From: Candidatus Dormiibacterota bacterium
GTDB taxonomy: Bacteria; Chloroflexota; Dormibacteria; Dormibacterales; Dormibacteraceae
Assembly: GCA_036272915.1 (NCBI GenBank)
Contig: DATAXV010000112.1
Span: 22,510 to 86,509 of the forward strand
Length of the DNA stretch: 64,000 bases
Direction of reading: 5' to 3'
In this document: positions 8,946 to 17,931 of the stretch, piece by piece
How positions within the stretch are numbered: position 1 is the stretch's first letter
Layout of the letters: every line of letters starts with the position of its first letter
Made by a program: the position numbers and the translations under genes
The notes under the pieces: generated by a model
Seen by the model: only the letters and a program-made list of their open reading frames with translations
Database searches by the model: none
What the model was told of the DNA's origin: nothing

Positions 8946-9086
8946 AGCCTCTGGACGGAGGCAGGGGATCGAGGCCGGTCATCCAGGGGTGCATTCCCGG
9001 GATTCGAAGCCTCGAATTATGTTCGCTTCTCAAGGGAGCCGCCCGGGAGGATGCTGCGTCAGCAACATCCCCCGGGTTTCTCTTTT
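8946..9086 (+). ncRNA. candidate small RNA, bounded by a promoter-like extended -10 and an intrinsic terminator
   Basis: TGCTACAAT at 8931-8939, then about 140 nt with local hairpins (for example ATTCGA-AGCC-TCGAAT), then the terminator at 9042-9086. There is no plus-strand CDS downstream. The RNA family was not recognised. Confidence 0.2.
9042..9086 (+). terminator. rho-independent terminator-like hairpin with a T-tract on the plus strand
   Basis: CCCGGGAGGATGCTG / CAACATCCCCCGGG forms a stem of about 11 bp with one bulged A, followed by TTTCTCTTTT. It lies 12 nt beyond the pckA stop on the opposite strand, so it may also act as a tail-less terminator for pckA. Confidence 0.45.
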
Positions 9087-9097
9087 CCCGGGCTTGC

Positions 9098-10648
9098 TCA
9101 GTCGTCCAGGCGGGCGAGGGCCTTGTCGAAGCGCTCCTTGAGGTCCGCCGCCTGCCGGTCGTAGCCCTCGGGGTCGTCCCACGACTCGCGGATTCGGAGC
9201 AGCTCCGCCGGCACGCCCGGCACCTCGACCGGCACCGCCAGCCCGAACGGTCCCTGGCGCCGGGTCTCGACCCGGTCCAGCCGGCCCTCGACCACGGCGC
9301 TGACGATGGCCCGCGTCGGCTCCAGGGCGATGCGCTCCCCCTTCCCGGCGCCGCCTCCGACCAGACCCGTGTTGAGCATCCAGACTCCCGAGCCGTGCTC
9401 GCGGACCCGGTCCACCAGCAGGTCGGCGTAGACGCTGGGCGCGAGGGGAAGGAAGGGGGCCGCGAAGCAGGTGCTGAAGGTGGGTTCGACCCCACCCAGC
9501 CCGCGCTCGGTCCCGGCCACCTTGGAGGTGTAGCCGGCGAGGAAGAAGAACCGCACCTGCTCGGGGTCGAGTCTCGCCACCGGAGGCAGCACGCCAAAGC
9601 TGTCGTAGGAGAGAAACAGGACCTGCGAGGGGTGCGGGCCGCAGCCGGACGGCTCCACCCCGGGGATCGCCTCCAGCGGGTAGGCGGCCCTGGTGTTCTC
9701 GGTGAGCCGGCCGTCGTCGTAGTCGGGCACTCGGGTCACGGGGTCGAAGACGACGTTCTCGAGGACGCTGCCGAACCGGTTGGCGGCGGCCCAGATCTGC
9801 GGCTCACCGGCCTCCGACAGCCGGATCGTCTTGGCGTAGCAGCCACCCTCGAAGTTGAACACGCCGGTATCGCTCCAGCCGTGCTCATCATCGCCGATCA
9901 GGCGGCGCGACGGATCCGAGGCGAGCGTGGTCTTGCCGGTGCCGGAGAGGCCGAAGAAGAGCGCGCTGTCACCGTCGCGGCCGAGGTTGGCCGAGCAGTG
10001 CATGGGCAGCACGCCGCGCTGTGGCAGCAGGTAGTTGAGCACGCTGAACACGGCCTTCTTGATCTCGCCCGCGTACCGGGTGCCGCCGATCAGGACCATC
10101 GGCCCGCTCATGTCCATGCAGATGAAGGTCGACGTGCGGGTCTGGTCCCGTCCCGGGTCGGCGCGCAGCGAGGGCAGGCAGACCACGGTCAGGTCGGGCT
10201 CGAAGGAGGCCAGGTCCTCGGCCGGCGGGCAGCGCAGGAGGTGGCGGATGAAGAGCGCGTGCCAGGCGAGCTCGGTGATCACCCGGACCCGCAGCCGGTG
10301 CCGCTCGTCGGCGCAGGTGTACAGGTCCTGGACGCACAGCTCGTGCTGGGCCACGAACACGCGGGACCGGTCGTAGAGGCGCCGGAAGCCGGCCTCGCTG
10401 ATCGACTGGTTGCCGCCGTGCCACCAGATCCGGTCGCGGGACGAGTCCTCGAGGACGAAGAACTTGTCCTTGGGAGCGCGGCCGGTGTGCTCACCGGTCT
10501 CCGCCGAGAGGGCGCCGCTCGAGACGACGCTCGCCTCCTGCCGGCGGAGGGCCAGCTCGTAGAGCTGGGGGTCACTGAGGTTGTGCCAGACCCGGACCGG
10601 TGAGGTCACGCCGACGCCGGCCAGGGGAGACCGTTCCCGCAGTTTCAT
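9098..10648 (-). CDS. pckA: phosphoenolpyruvate carboxykinase (ATP)
   Basis: FFGLSGTGKTTLASD kinase-1a loop, IGDDEHGW and GGCYAK motifs. 516 aa. Confidence 0.9.
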   Translation of the reverse strand: MKLRERSPLAGVGVTSPVRVWHNLSDPQLYELALRRQEASVVSSGALSAETGEHTGRAPKDKFFVLEDSSRDRIWWHGGNQSISEAGFRRLYDRSRVFVAQHELCVQDLYTCADERHRLRVRVITELAWHALFIRHLLRCPPAEDLASFEPDLTVVCLPSLRADPGRDQTRTSTFICMDMSGPMVLIGGTRYAGEIKKAVFSVLNYLLPQRGVLPMHCSANLGRDGDSALFFGLSGTGKTTLASDPSRRLIGDDEHGWSDTGVFNFEGGCYAKTIRLSEAGEPQIWAAANRFGSVLENVVFDPVTRVPDYDDGRLTENTRAAYPLEAIPGVEPSGCGPHPSQVLFLSYDSFGVLPPVARLDPEQVRFFFLAGYTSKVAGTERGLGGVEPTFSTCFAAPFLPLAPSVYADLLVDRVREHGSGVWMLNTGLVGGGAGKGERIALEPTRAIVSAVVEGRLDRVETRRQGPFGLAVPVEVPGVPAELLRIRESWDDPEGYDRQAADLKERFDKALARLDD

Positions 10649-10679
10649 CTCGCCATGATAGGGGCGGTCGGGCGCCGGC

Positions 10680-12656
10680 TCATCCGGCGGCTCGATACAC
10701 CTTCCGCTTCTGGCGGTGGGCGACGTAGTCGACCAGCACGTACTCGCCCAGCCGTTCCGGCGACACGAAGAACGCCCGTCCCCGGTTGATCCTGGTCATC
10801 TGCGTGACGAACTCGGCGAGATAGGGGCCGCGCTCGAGCATGAAGGTGTTGATCACGATGCGGTCTCGCGTACACCGCTGCACCTCCTTCAGCGTCTCCT
10901 GGATCGTGCGGAAGGTCGGCGGGTAGGCGAAGCAGACCCGCCCGTTCTCCAGGTGCGCGGTGGGCTCGCCGTCGGTGACCATGATGATCTGGCGGTTGCC
11001 CCGGTGCCGGCCCAGGAGCGAGCGGGCCAGCTGAAAGCCGTGCTGCATGTTGGTCCCGTAGACGTAGTCGTTCAGGGATATCCCGGGAAGGCTGTTGGGC
11101 TCGAGCAGCACCGCCTGGTTGGAGAAGCCGACCACATACAGATGGTCGCGTGGGAAGCGGCTGCGGATCAGTGCGTCCAATGCCATCGCGACCTTCTTGG
11201 CCGCCAGGAAGCATCCGCGCAGGAACATCGACCGGCTCATGTCGATCATCAGCACGGTCGACGCCTGGGTGCTGTGGTCGGTCCGGTGGACGATGAAGTC
11301 GGTCGGCGCGAGCTTGACCGGGACGCCCGGACCCTCGCGGACCATGGCGTCGAACAGGGACTCCTTGAGGTCGGGATCGAACGGGTCCCCGAACTCGTAG
11401 GGCTTGAGCTCGTCGGCGCGATCGACGCCGAGGCCGGCGCCGCGCATCTGGTGCTGTCCGAAGCGGCTCTTCTCGAGCTGGGCAAAGATGTCGCGCAGCG
11501 CCGCCTGACCGATCCGTCGCATTCCCCGCGGGGTCAGCTCCAGCCGGCGGCCCCGCCGCTCCAGGTAGCCGGCGCGCTCCAGCACCTCGGTCACCTGGCC
11601 CAGCCGGTCCATCTGGCGGGCCGCGTCGGGCCCCAGCATCTGCTCGAGCAGGCCGCGCTCGATGTCGTCGAGCCGGAAGCTCCCTCGCTCCAGCTGCGAC
11701 TCCAGGCGGTCCATCTGCTGCAGCTGGTCCATCAGGCCCATCGCCTGCTGCAGGTCGAGCGGCTCGTCGCCGAAGAACGGGTAGCGCTCGGCCAGCTCCG
11801 AGGGCGGCATCATCCGCTGCATCAGAGCCGCCAGCCGGGCCAGCTCGAGGCGAAGCGAGTCGTCCTGGAGGAGCTGGTCCATCATGTCCTGCAGCTCGGC
11901 CCGCGCCTCCGGCGAGAGCGAGCGGAGCAGCGACTCCATCTGCGCCATCTGACGCTGCAGGTGCTCGAGCAGCTGGTCGAGGTTCTCGATCCCGGGCGGG
12001 AAGAACTTGCCGAAGCGGTCCATGAACTCGGAGAAGTTGGGCTGCTCCCCGCGCTGGCGCTGCTGGATCATCTTGTTCAGCTCGCTGACCATCTCCCGGA
12101 TCTCGGAGACGTCCTGCTGAGTCATGTTGCCGATCGACTGCTTCATGCCCTGGAACATCTGCTGCTGCATCTGCTGACGCAGCTGCTCCATGAGCTGGTC
12201 GAACTTCTCCCGCGCCTGCTCGTCCATGAACTCGTAGTCGCGGAGCTGCTTCATGCGGCCGCCGACATCGTCGGGCAGCCGGTCCAGCTGCTCGCGGCGC
12301 TGGTGGGCCATCCGCCGCATCAGGCGCTTAGCGTCCTCGGCCGCCTCCCGCTCCTTGCGGTCGATGCCTGAGCGCTCGGTGTCGACCACGTCCTGCAGCT
12401 GCTCCCGGATCTTCTCCAGGGTGCTGTCCAGGTTGTAGCGCGAGAGCTCCTCCTCGCGGCGCTCGCGCAGCTGCTTGAGCAGCTCGTCGAGGCCGGAGAG
12501 GTCCTGGTCGCCCCAGCGGTAGAGACGCTGGAGCGCGGCGCGCAGGTCGCCGTAGCTCATGTAGTCATCGGACAGCGACTGCAGCAGCTGGTCGGGATCG
12601 AGATCGTCCAGGTGCTGGGTGCCGTCCCACCGGGAGTAGCGGAAGGAGCCTCCCAT
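10680..12656 (-). CDS. VWA-domain protein with a long Gln/Glu/Arg-rich coiled-coil-like N-terminal region
   Basis: Only the 3' 1977 nt of the 1274-aa track ORF look coding, starting at MGGSFRYSRWDG (ATG 12656). The C-terminal VWA domain has MIDAS motif VLMIDMSRSM and IIMVTDGEPT. The upstream part of the track ORF is antisense to the carboxyltransferase gene. Confidence 0.8.
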   Translation of the reverse strand: MGGSFRYSRWDGTQHLDDLDPDQLLQSLSDDYMSYGDLRAALQRLYRWGDQDLSGLDELLKQLRERREEELSRYNLDSTLEKIREQLQDVVDTERSGIDRKEREAAEDAKRLMRRMAHQRREQLDRLPDDVGGRMKQLRDYEFMDEQAREKFDQLMEQLRQQMQQQMFQGMKQSIGNMTQQDVSEIREMVSELNKMIQQRQRGEQPNFSEFMDRFGKFFPPGIENLDQLLEHLQRQMAQMESLLRSLSPEARAELQDMMDQLLQDDSLRLELARLAALMQRMMPPSELAERYPFFGDEPLDLQQAMGLMDQLQQMDRLESQLERGSFRLDDIERGLLEQMLGPDAARQMDRLGQVTEVLERAGYLERRGRRLELTPRGMRRIGQAALRDIFAQLEKSRFGQHQMRGAGLGVDRADELKPYEFGDPFDPDLKESLFDAMVREGPGVPVKLAPTDFIVHRTDHSTQASTVLMIDMSRSMFLRGCFLAAKKVAMALDALIRSRFPRDHLYVVGFSNQAVLLEPNSLPGISLNDYVYGTNMQHGFQLARSLLGRHRGNRQIIMVTDGEPTAHLENGRVCFAYPPTFRTIQETLKEVQRCTRDRIVINTFMLERGPYLAEFVTQMTRINRGRAFFVSPERLGEYVLVDYVAHRQKRKVYRAAG

Positions 12657-12773
12657 ACCCGGAGCATACGACGCGGATTCCGGACCCACCTTGGCGAGTC
12701 CGGCCAAGGCCGTGGCCTCCCGTCCAGTGTGGATGCGCGCCTCCGATGACGGCGGAAGGTCAAGATTAGGGGC

Positions 12774-14417
12774 GTGTCCGAGCAGAAACCACGGGGCCTG
12801 AGCCCCATCCGGCGGACGCCGCCGGAGCTCAACCCCGTCCCCGAGACCGACGGCGCCGAGACCCCCCGCTCCGCCTCCGAGCAGAAGCTCAACCTCTACC
12901 GGAAGCGCCGCTACGACGTCCTCCACCGGGAGACCGAGGCTGGCGCCAGGCGCAGGGCCCAGGGCAAGCCGCAGGCGCGGGAGCGGATCGCCGCGCTGCT
13001 CGATAAGGGCAGCTTCGTCGAGCTCGACCTCTTCGCCACCAGCCGGGCGACCGCGTTCGGGATGGATCGCAAGCGGGTGCCCGGCGACGGCGTGGTCGCC
13101 GGCTTCGGGACCGTGGACGGGCGGCAGCTGGCCGTGTACGCCTACGACCCGGCCGTGCTCGGCGGCTCGCTCGGCGAGGTCACGGCGGAGAAGATCGTCA
13201 AGGTCCAGGAGATGGCCCTCCGCAACCGCATCCCGATCCTCGGCATCAACGACTCCGGCGGCGCCCGGATTCAGGAGGGGGTGGTCGCGCTCGCCGGCTA
13301 CTCCGACATCTTCCTGCGCAACGTCCGCTCCTCCGGCGTCGTCCCCCAGCTGAGCGTGATCGCCGGGCCCTGCACCGGGGGCGCCGTCTACTCGCCGGCC
13401 ATCACCGATTTCATCTTCATCGTCAACCAGTCCGGCTACATGTTCATCACCGGCCCCGAGGTCATCAAGGTCACCACCGGCGAGGACGTGACCTTCGACC
13501 AGCTCGGCGGCGGCGAGGTCCACAACTCGCGGTCCGGCGTCGCCCACTTCCTGGCCGAGTCGGAGCAGGAGTGCTGGGACTCGGTCCGCGAGCTGCTCTC
13601 CTATCTCCCTCTGAACAACCAGGAGCGCCCGCCCTTCCGGGCCACCGACGACGATCCCGAGCGGGCCGACCCCGAGCTGCAGACGCTGGTTCCGGACAGC
13701 CCCAACCTCCCCTACGACATGCGCGAGGTGATCACGCGGCTGCTCGACGACCGCCGCTTCCTCGAGGTCCAGCCCTTCTTCGCGCCCAACATCGTGGTCG
13801 GCCTGGGACGGCTCGGCGGCAACGTGATCGGCGTCGTCGGCAATCAGCCCAAGGTGCTGGCCGGAGCCATCGACATCCAGGCCTCGGTCAAGGCGGCCCG
13901 CTTCATCCGCTTCTGCGACGCCTTCGGCATCCCCATCCTCTCCCTGGTCGACGTGCCCGGCTACCTGCCCGGCACCGTCCAGGAGCATGAGGGGATCATC
14001 CGCCACGGCGCCAAACTGCTCTACGCCTACGCCGAGGCGACGGTGCCCAAGCTGACCGTCATCACCCGGAAGGACTACGGCGGCGCCTACTGCGTCATGT
14101 CGCCCAAGCAGATGGGCGCCGACTTCAACTTCGCCTGGCCGACGGCGGAGATCGCGGTCATGGGCCCGGAGGCGGCGGTGAACGTCGTCTACCGGCGCGA
14201 GCTCGCCGCCGCCCCCGATCCCGCCGCCCGGCGCAAGGAGCTGGTCGAGCGCTACATCGCCGAGTTCGCCAACCCCTGGATCGCCGCGGAGCGCGGGTAC
14301 ATCGACGACGTGATCGAGCCCAAGGAGACCCGGCGGGAGCTGGTCCGGGCCCTCGAGCTCTGCCAGCGAAAGGTGGTCGAGCGCCCGCCGCGCAAGCACG
14401 GCAACATGCCCCTCTGA
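12774..14417 (+). CDS. acyl-CoA carboxylase carboxyltransferase (beta) subunit, propionyl-/acetyl-CoA type
   Basis: Motifs LGGSLGEV, NDSGGARIQEG, IAGPCTGGAVYSPA, and RKDYGGAYCVM in the second half-domain. GTG start. Confidence 0.9.
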   Translation: MSEQKPRGLSPIRRTPPELNPVPETDGAETPRSASEQKLNLYRKRRYDVLHRETEAGARRRAQGKPQARERIAALLDKGSFVELDLFATSRATAFGMDRKRVPGDGVVAGFGTVDGRQLAVYAYDPAVLGGSLGEVTAEKIVKVQEMALRNRIPILGINDSGGARIQEGVVALAGYSDIFLRNVRSSGVVPQLSVIAGPCTGGAVYSPAITDFIFIVNQSGYMFITGPEVIKVTTGEDVTFDQLGGGEVHNSRSGVAHFLAESEQECWDSVRELLSYLPLNNQERPPFRATDDDPERADPELQTLVPDSPNLPYDMREVITRLLDDRRFLEVQPFFAPNIVVGLGRLGGNVIGVVGNQPKVLAGAIDIQASVKAARFIRFCDAFGIPILSLVDVPGYLPGTVQEHEGIIRHGAKLLYAYAEATVPKLTVITRKDYGGAYCVMSPKQMGADFNFAWPTAEIAVMGPEAAVNVVYRRELAAAPDPAARRKELVERYIAEFANPWIAAERGYIDDVIEPKETRRELVRALELCQRKVVERPPRKHGNMPL

Positions 14418-14421
14418 CGAG

Positions 14422-15843
14422 GTGACCCCGTCCCGCCGGTGGATGACGCTGGTCATCTGCTGCTCGGCCCTGTTCATGGTCACCCTGGACAACACGGTGG
14501 TCAACGTGGCCCTGCCCTCGCTGCAGCGGGAGCTCCACCCGGGTGAGGCCGGGCTGCAGTGGGTCGTCGACGCTTACATCCTCTCTCGCGGCGTCTTCCT
14601 CTTCGCCGGCGGGGCGTACGGCGACCGCTTCGGCCGGCGCACCTTCTTCCGCCTCGGCCTCTGCGTTTTCACCGTCGCCTCCCTGGCCTGCAGCGTCGCC
14701 CCCACCACGCTGCTGCTGATCGTCTTCCGCTGCGTCCAGGGCGCCGGCGGGGCGATGATGACCCCCTCCTCGCTGGCCATCGTCAGCAACGTCTTCACTA
14801 GCTCCCGGGAGCGCGCCCAGGCGCTTGGCATCTGGAGCGCGTCGACCGGGCTCTCCACCGCCGCAGGCCCGGTCGTCGGCGGCCTCCTGGTCGAGGCGGT
14901 GGGCTGGCGGGGCGTGTTCTGGATCAACATCCCGATCGGGGTCGTCGTCCTCATCGCCACGCGGTTCATCCCGGACTCGCGCGCCGAGCAGTCGCGGCCG
15001 CTGGACGTCGCCGGGCAGCTGGCCATGATCGTCTGCCTGGGCTCTCTGATCTACGCCCTGATCGACGCCCCCAGCGCCGGCTGGGGGTCGCCGACGGTGG
15101 TCGGGCTGCTCGTCCTCTTCGCCGCGGCGACGGTCTTCTTCATCGCCGTCGAGCGCCGCAACCCGCAGCCCATGCTGCCGCTTCACATCTTCCGCAACCC
15201 CTCCCTGGTCGGGGCCGTGTGCATCGCCATCAACGCCTTCCTGTGCCTGGGTGCCTTCGTCTTCTTCAACTCGCTCTACCTGCAGGACGTGCGAGGTCTC
15301 TCGCCGCTGCAGGCGGGCCTGCTGACCGTGCCCACGACCGTCGCCACGCTGGTCCTCTCCCCCATCTCCGGACGGCTCACCGGGACCAGGGGGACACGGC
15401 TGCCGGCCACCCTGGCCTGTGCCCTGATCTCCCTTGGCATGGCCATACAGGCCGCCGTCATCTCGCCCACCACCAACCTGGGACTGCTGTTACTCGGCTA
15501 CATGGTCCTCGGCTGCGGCACCGGGCTGGTCAACGCCCCCGCCACCAACGCCGCCGTCTCCAGCCTGCCGCGCAGCCAGTCGGGCGTGGCCGGAGCGACC
15601 ACCAGCACCGCTCGCCAGATCGGCACCAGCCTGGGCGTGGCCCTGATCGGGTCGATCATCTTCAGCATCTCCCGCACGCCGCTGGAGGGGGCCGGAGAGC
15701 GGGTGTCGGCGGCGGTCGCCACCGGCTACACCGACGGCCTCCGCGCCGGCTATGCCCTCGCCGCCGTCATCGCCCTGGGCTGCACCGTGCTCTCGCTGCT
15801 CATCTTCCGAAATGAGCGGAGGGACGACTCACCCACGGCCTGA
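14422..15843 (+). CDS. MFS transporter, DHA2 (EmrB/QacA-like, 14-TMS) drug:H+ antiporter family
   Basis: N-terminal LFMVTLDNTVVNVALPSLQREL plus the GGAYGDRFGRR motif. 473 aa with about 14 hydrophobic segments. Confidence 0.85.
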   Translation: MTPSRRWMTLVICCSALFMVTLDNTVVNVALPSLQRELHPGEAGLQWVVDAYILSRGVFLFAGGAYGDRFGRRTFFRLGLCVFTVASLACSVAPTTLLLIVFRCVQGAGGAMMTPSSLAIVSNVFTSSRERAQALGIWSASTGLSTAAGPVVGGLLVEAVGWRGVFWINIPIGVVVLIATRFIPDSRAEQSRPLDVAGQLAMIVCLGSLIYALIDAPSAGWGSPTVVGLLVLFAAATVFFIAVERRNPQPMLPLHIFRNPSLVGAVCIAINAFLCLGAFVFFNSLYLQDVRGLSPLQAGLLTVPTTVATLVLSPISGRLTGTRGTRLPATLACALISLGMAIQAAVISPTTNLGLLLLGYMVLGCGTGLVNAPATNAAVSSLPRSQSGVAGATTSTARQIGTSLGVALIGSIIFSISRTPLEGAGERVSAAVATGYTDGLRAGYALAAVIALGCTVLSLLIFRNERRDDSPTA

Positions 15844-15880
15844 CCGGCGGCCCGTGGATCCCCCCAGGACGGCGGGGCGA

Positions 15881-16444
15881 TCAGGGCCGGGGACGCAGAC
15901 CGTCGAGGAGGACGGTGACGTAGGCGTCGGCGAGGTCTCCCGACGGCGGCCGGGTGCGCGCGACGGCCAGGGCGGTCTGGCTGATCAGGATCCCGACGAC
16001 GGCCGGATCGAGGTCGGCACGGATGGCGCCGTCGTGCCGCGCCCCGTCGCTCATCTCCTCCACGGCTGCGACCAGACCCGCGCGCAGGACGGTGGTGGCG
16101 GGCAGGTCGAGTACGTCCAGCTGGTCACTGAGGCCGTGGTAGGAGGTCTGGAAGGCGATCAGCTCGCGGAGGAACGTGCGCAGGGCCTGGTAGGGCGTGG
16201 TCTCGGTGAGGAGGACGCGCGCGCGTTGGACGACCGGCTCGAGCAGGCGTGAGATGGCGGCGTCGACCAGGGCGTCCTTGCCGCCGTAGGCGCGGACGAC
16301 GGTCGCCGCTCCGAGGCCCGCCCTGCTGGCGATGGCCTCGACGGTGAGGGTCGTGTCCGATCCGGCCAGAAGCGCCATCGCGGCGTCCAGGGCGAGCTGA
16401 CGATTGCGCACGGCGTCGGCGCGCCTTCCGGCCTGGGCTGGCAT
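15881..16444 (-). CDS. TetR family transcriptional regulator
   Basis: N-terminal HTH AVRNRQLALDAAMALLAGSDTTLTVEAIASRAGLGAATVVRAYGGKDAL. Start placed at MPAQAG (16444); the track start at 16468 lies inside a palindrome that looks like an operator. Confidence 0.8.
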   Translation of the reverse strand: MPAQAGRRADAVRNRQLALDAAMALLAGSDTTLTVEAIASRAGLGAATVVRAYGGKDALVDAAISRLLEPVVQRARVLLTETTPYQALRTFLRELIAFQTSYHGLSDQLDVLDLPATTVLRAGLVAAVEEMSDGARHDGAIRADLDPAVVGILISQTALAVARTRPPSGDLADAYVTVLLDGLRPRP

Positions 16445-16446
16445 TG

Positions 16447-16483
16447 ACAAATGGAATGCTCCTTCCATATACTCAAATGGAAT
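16447..16483. promoter_or_regulatory. candidate TetR operator in the tetR / monooxygenase divergent spacer
   Basis: Perfect inverted repeat ATGGAA-N6-TTCCAT (16451-16468). CAAATGGAAT occurs twice as a direct repeat (16448-16457 and 16474-16483). The spacer is locally AT-rich. Confidence 0.35.
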
Positions 16484-16519
16484 CTACGTTTCAGTTAAGT
16501 GTAGCGTGAGGAGCCTCTG

Positions 16520-17689
16520 ATGAACGAGCGGATCCTGATCTCTGGCGCGAGCATCGCCGGGCTGACCCTGGCCCACTGGCTGAACCGGCTCGGGTTCCAG
16601 CCCACCGTCGTCGAGCGGGCCCCGGCGCTGCGCGCCGGCGGCAACGGGGTGGACGTGCGCGGCCATGCCGCCGCGGTCGCGGAGCGGATGGGGATCATGC
16701 CCCAGGTCCGCGAGCTGGCCGCGGACGTGCTCGGCATCAAGTTCGTCGACGCGGGCGACCGGTCGGTCGCCCGCGTCGACACCCGGGACCCCGGCTCGGT
16801 GGAGATCATGCGGGGTGACCTGGTGGCACTCCTCCGCACGGTGACCGACGTGGAGATCCTGTTCGGAGACTCCATCCAGGCCCTGGAGCAGGACGACGAA
16901 GGGGTGACCGTCACCTTCGAGAAGGCACCAGAGCGCCGGTTTGCCCTGGTCGCCGGCGCCGACGGCCTGCACTCCCAGGTGCGGCGCCTGGCGTTCGGGC
17001 CGGATGAGGAGTTCATTCAGCACCGGGGCCACTACTTCGCGTTCGCCAACGCCGATGCGGCGCTCGGCGAGGACCGCTGGATGACGATGTTCAACACGCC
17101 TGGCCGCATGGCCGGGATCTACCGATCGGGGAACCATGCGCAGGCCAAGGCGTACTTCACCTTCCGCTCTGCGCCGCGGGACGTCGACCACCGGGACCTG
17201 TCCGCGCAGAAGCAGATCGTCAGTGAAGCGTTCGGGGACGACACGTCCTGGCGGACCGGGGAACTGCTCGATTCAGCCCTGGCCGATCCCGACTTCTACT
17301 TCGACGCCCTCGCGCAGGTGCACATGGGGTCGTGGTCCGCCGGCCGCGTTGTGCTCGTCGGCGACGCTGCCTGGTGCGCCTCCCCGGTCTCGGGCGCCGG
17401 CGCTGAGCTGGCCCTGGTAGGCGCCTACAGGCTGGCCGGGGAGCTCGCCGCCGCCGGAGGCCAGCACCGTCTCGCCTTCGGCCGCTACGATGCGGCACTC
17501 CGCCCGCTGGTCACGGCCAGGCAGAGGATCGGGCCCAATATCCGCCTCATGGTGCCCGGCTCAGACGGCGCCCGGTGCGTGCGCGACGCCCTGGCCCGTC
17601 TGCCACTGCTGAAGGGCATGGGTGTGGTGGAACGCTACGCGCAGGCCAGGAATGCCCGTCCCCTGCCTGAGTACGCCAGGGTCCGGTAA
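16520..17689 (+). CDS. FAD-dependent monooxygenase (group A flavoprotein)
   Basis: N-terminal dinucleotide fold ILISGASIAGLTLAHWL, ADGLHS and VLVGDAAWCASPVSGAGAELAL motifs. GAGGAG RBS lies 6 nt before the ATG. Confidence 0.85.
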   Translation: MNERILISGASIAGLTLAHWLNRLGFQPTVVERAPALRAGGNGVDVRGHAAAVAERMGIMPQVRELAADVLGIKFVDAGDRSVARVDTRDPGSVEIMRGDLVALLRTVTDVEILFGDSIQALEQDDEGVTVTFEKAPERRFALVAGADGLHSQVRRLAFGPDEEFIQHRGHYFAFANADAALGEDRWMTMFNTPGRMAGIYRSGNHAQAKAYFTFRSAPRDVDHRDLSAQKQIVSEAFGDDTSWRTGELLDSALADPDFYFDALAQVHMGSWSAGRVVLVGDAAWCASPVSGAGAELALVGAYRLAGELAAAGGQHRLAFGRYDAALRPLVTARQRIGPNIRLMVPGSDGARCVRDALARLPLLKGMGVVERYAQARNARPLPEYARVR

Positions 17690-17931
17690 CGCGGCAGCTG
17701 TGGAGTCCCCCGACGGCTGCCTCCTGGCGACTGGGGGATGCTTGCCGTCGGCAAGGCGCACCGGGATCGGTGGATGACCCGCTCGACGCTGATCCTCCAG
17801 GTCCGGTTCGACGGCGAGCCGGCCTTCGTCGAGACCCGGTGATGACCTTCACCACCGCCGACAAGCGGGCGGCCATACAGGGGTCGTCCTCGACGCGCCG
17901 GCGATGGGCTTCTCAGGGTGGTCGCCCGGCC

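Noticed and set aside
8985-9025. tRNA or tmRNA fragment suggested by GGGATTCGAAGCC (T-loop-like)
   Set aside because: The flanking bases do not form a T-stem (CGGGA versus CCTCG). No acceptor or anticodon arms could be built.
12657-14504. The N-terminal 616 codons of the 1274-aa minus-strand ORF 10680..14504
   Set aside because: This part is antisense to the well-supported carboxyltransferase gene and has a nonsense-like composition. The VWA protein has a plausible start at 12656.
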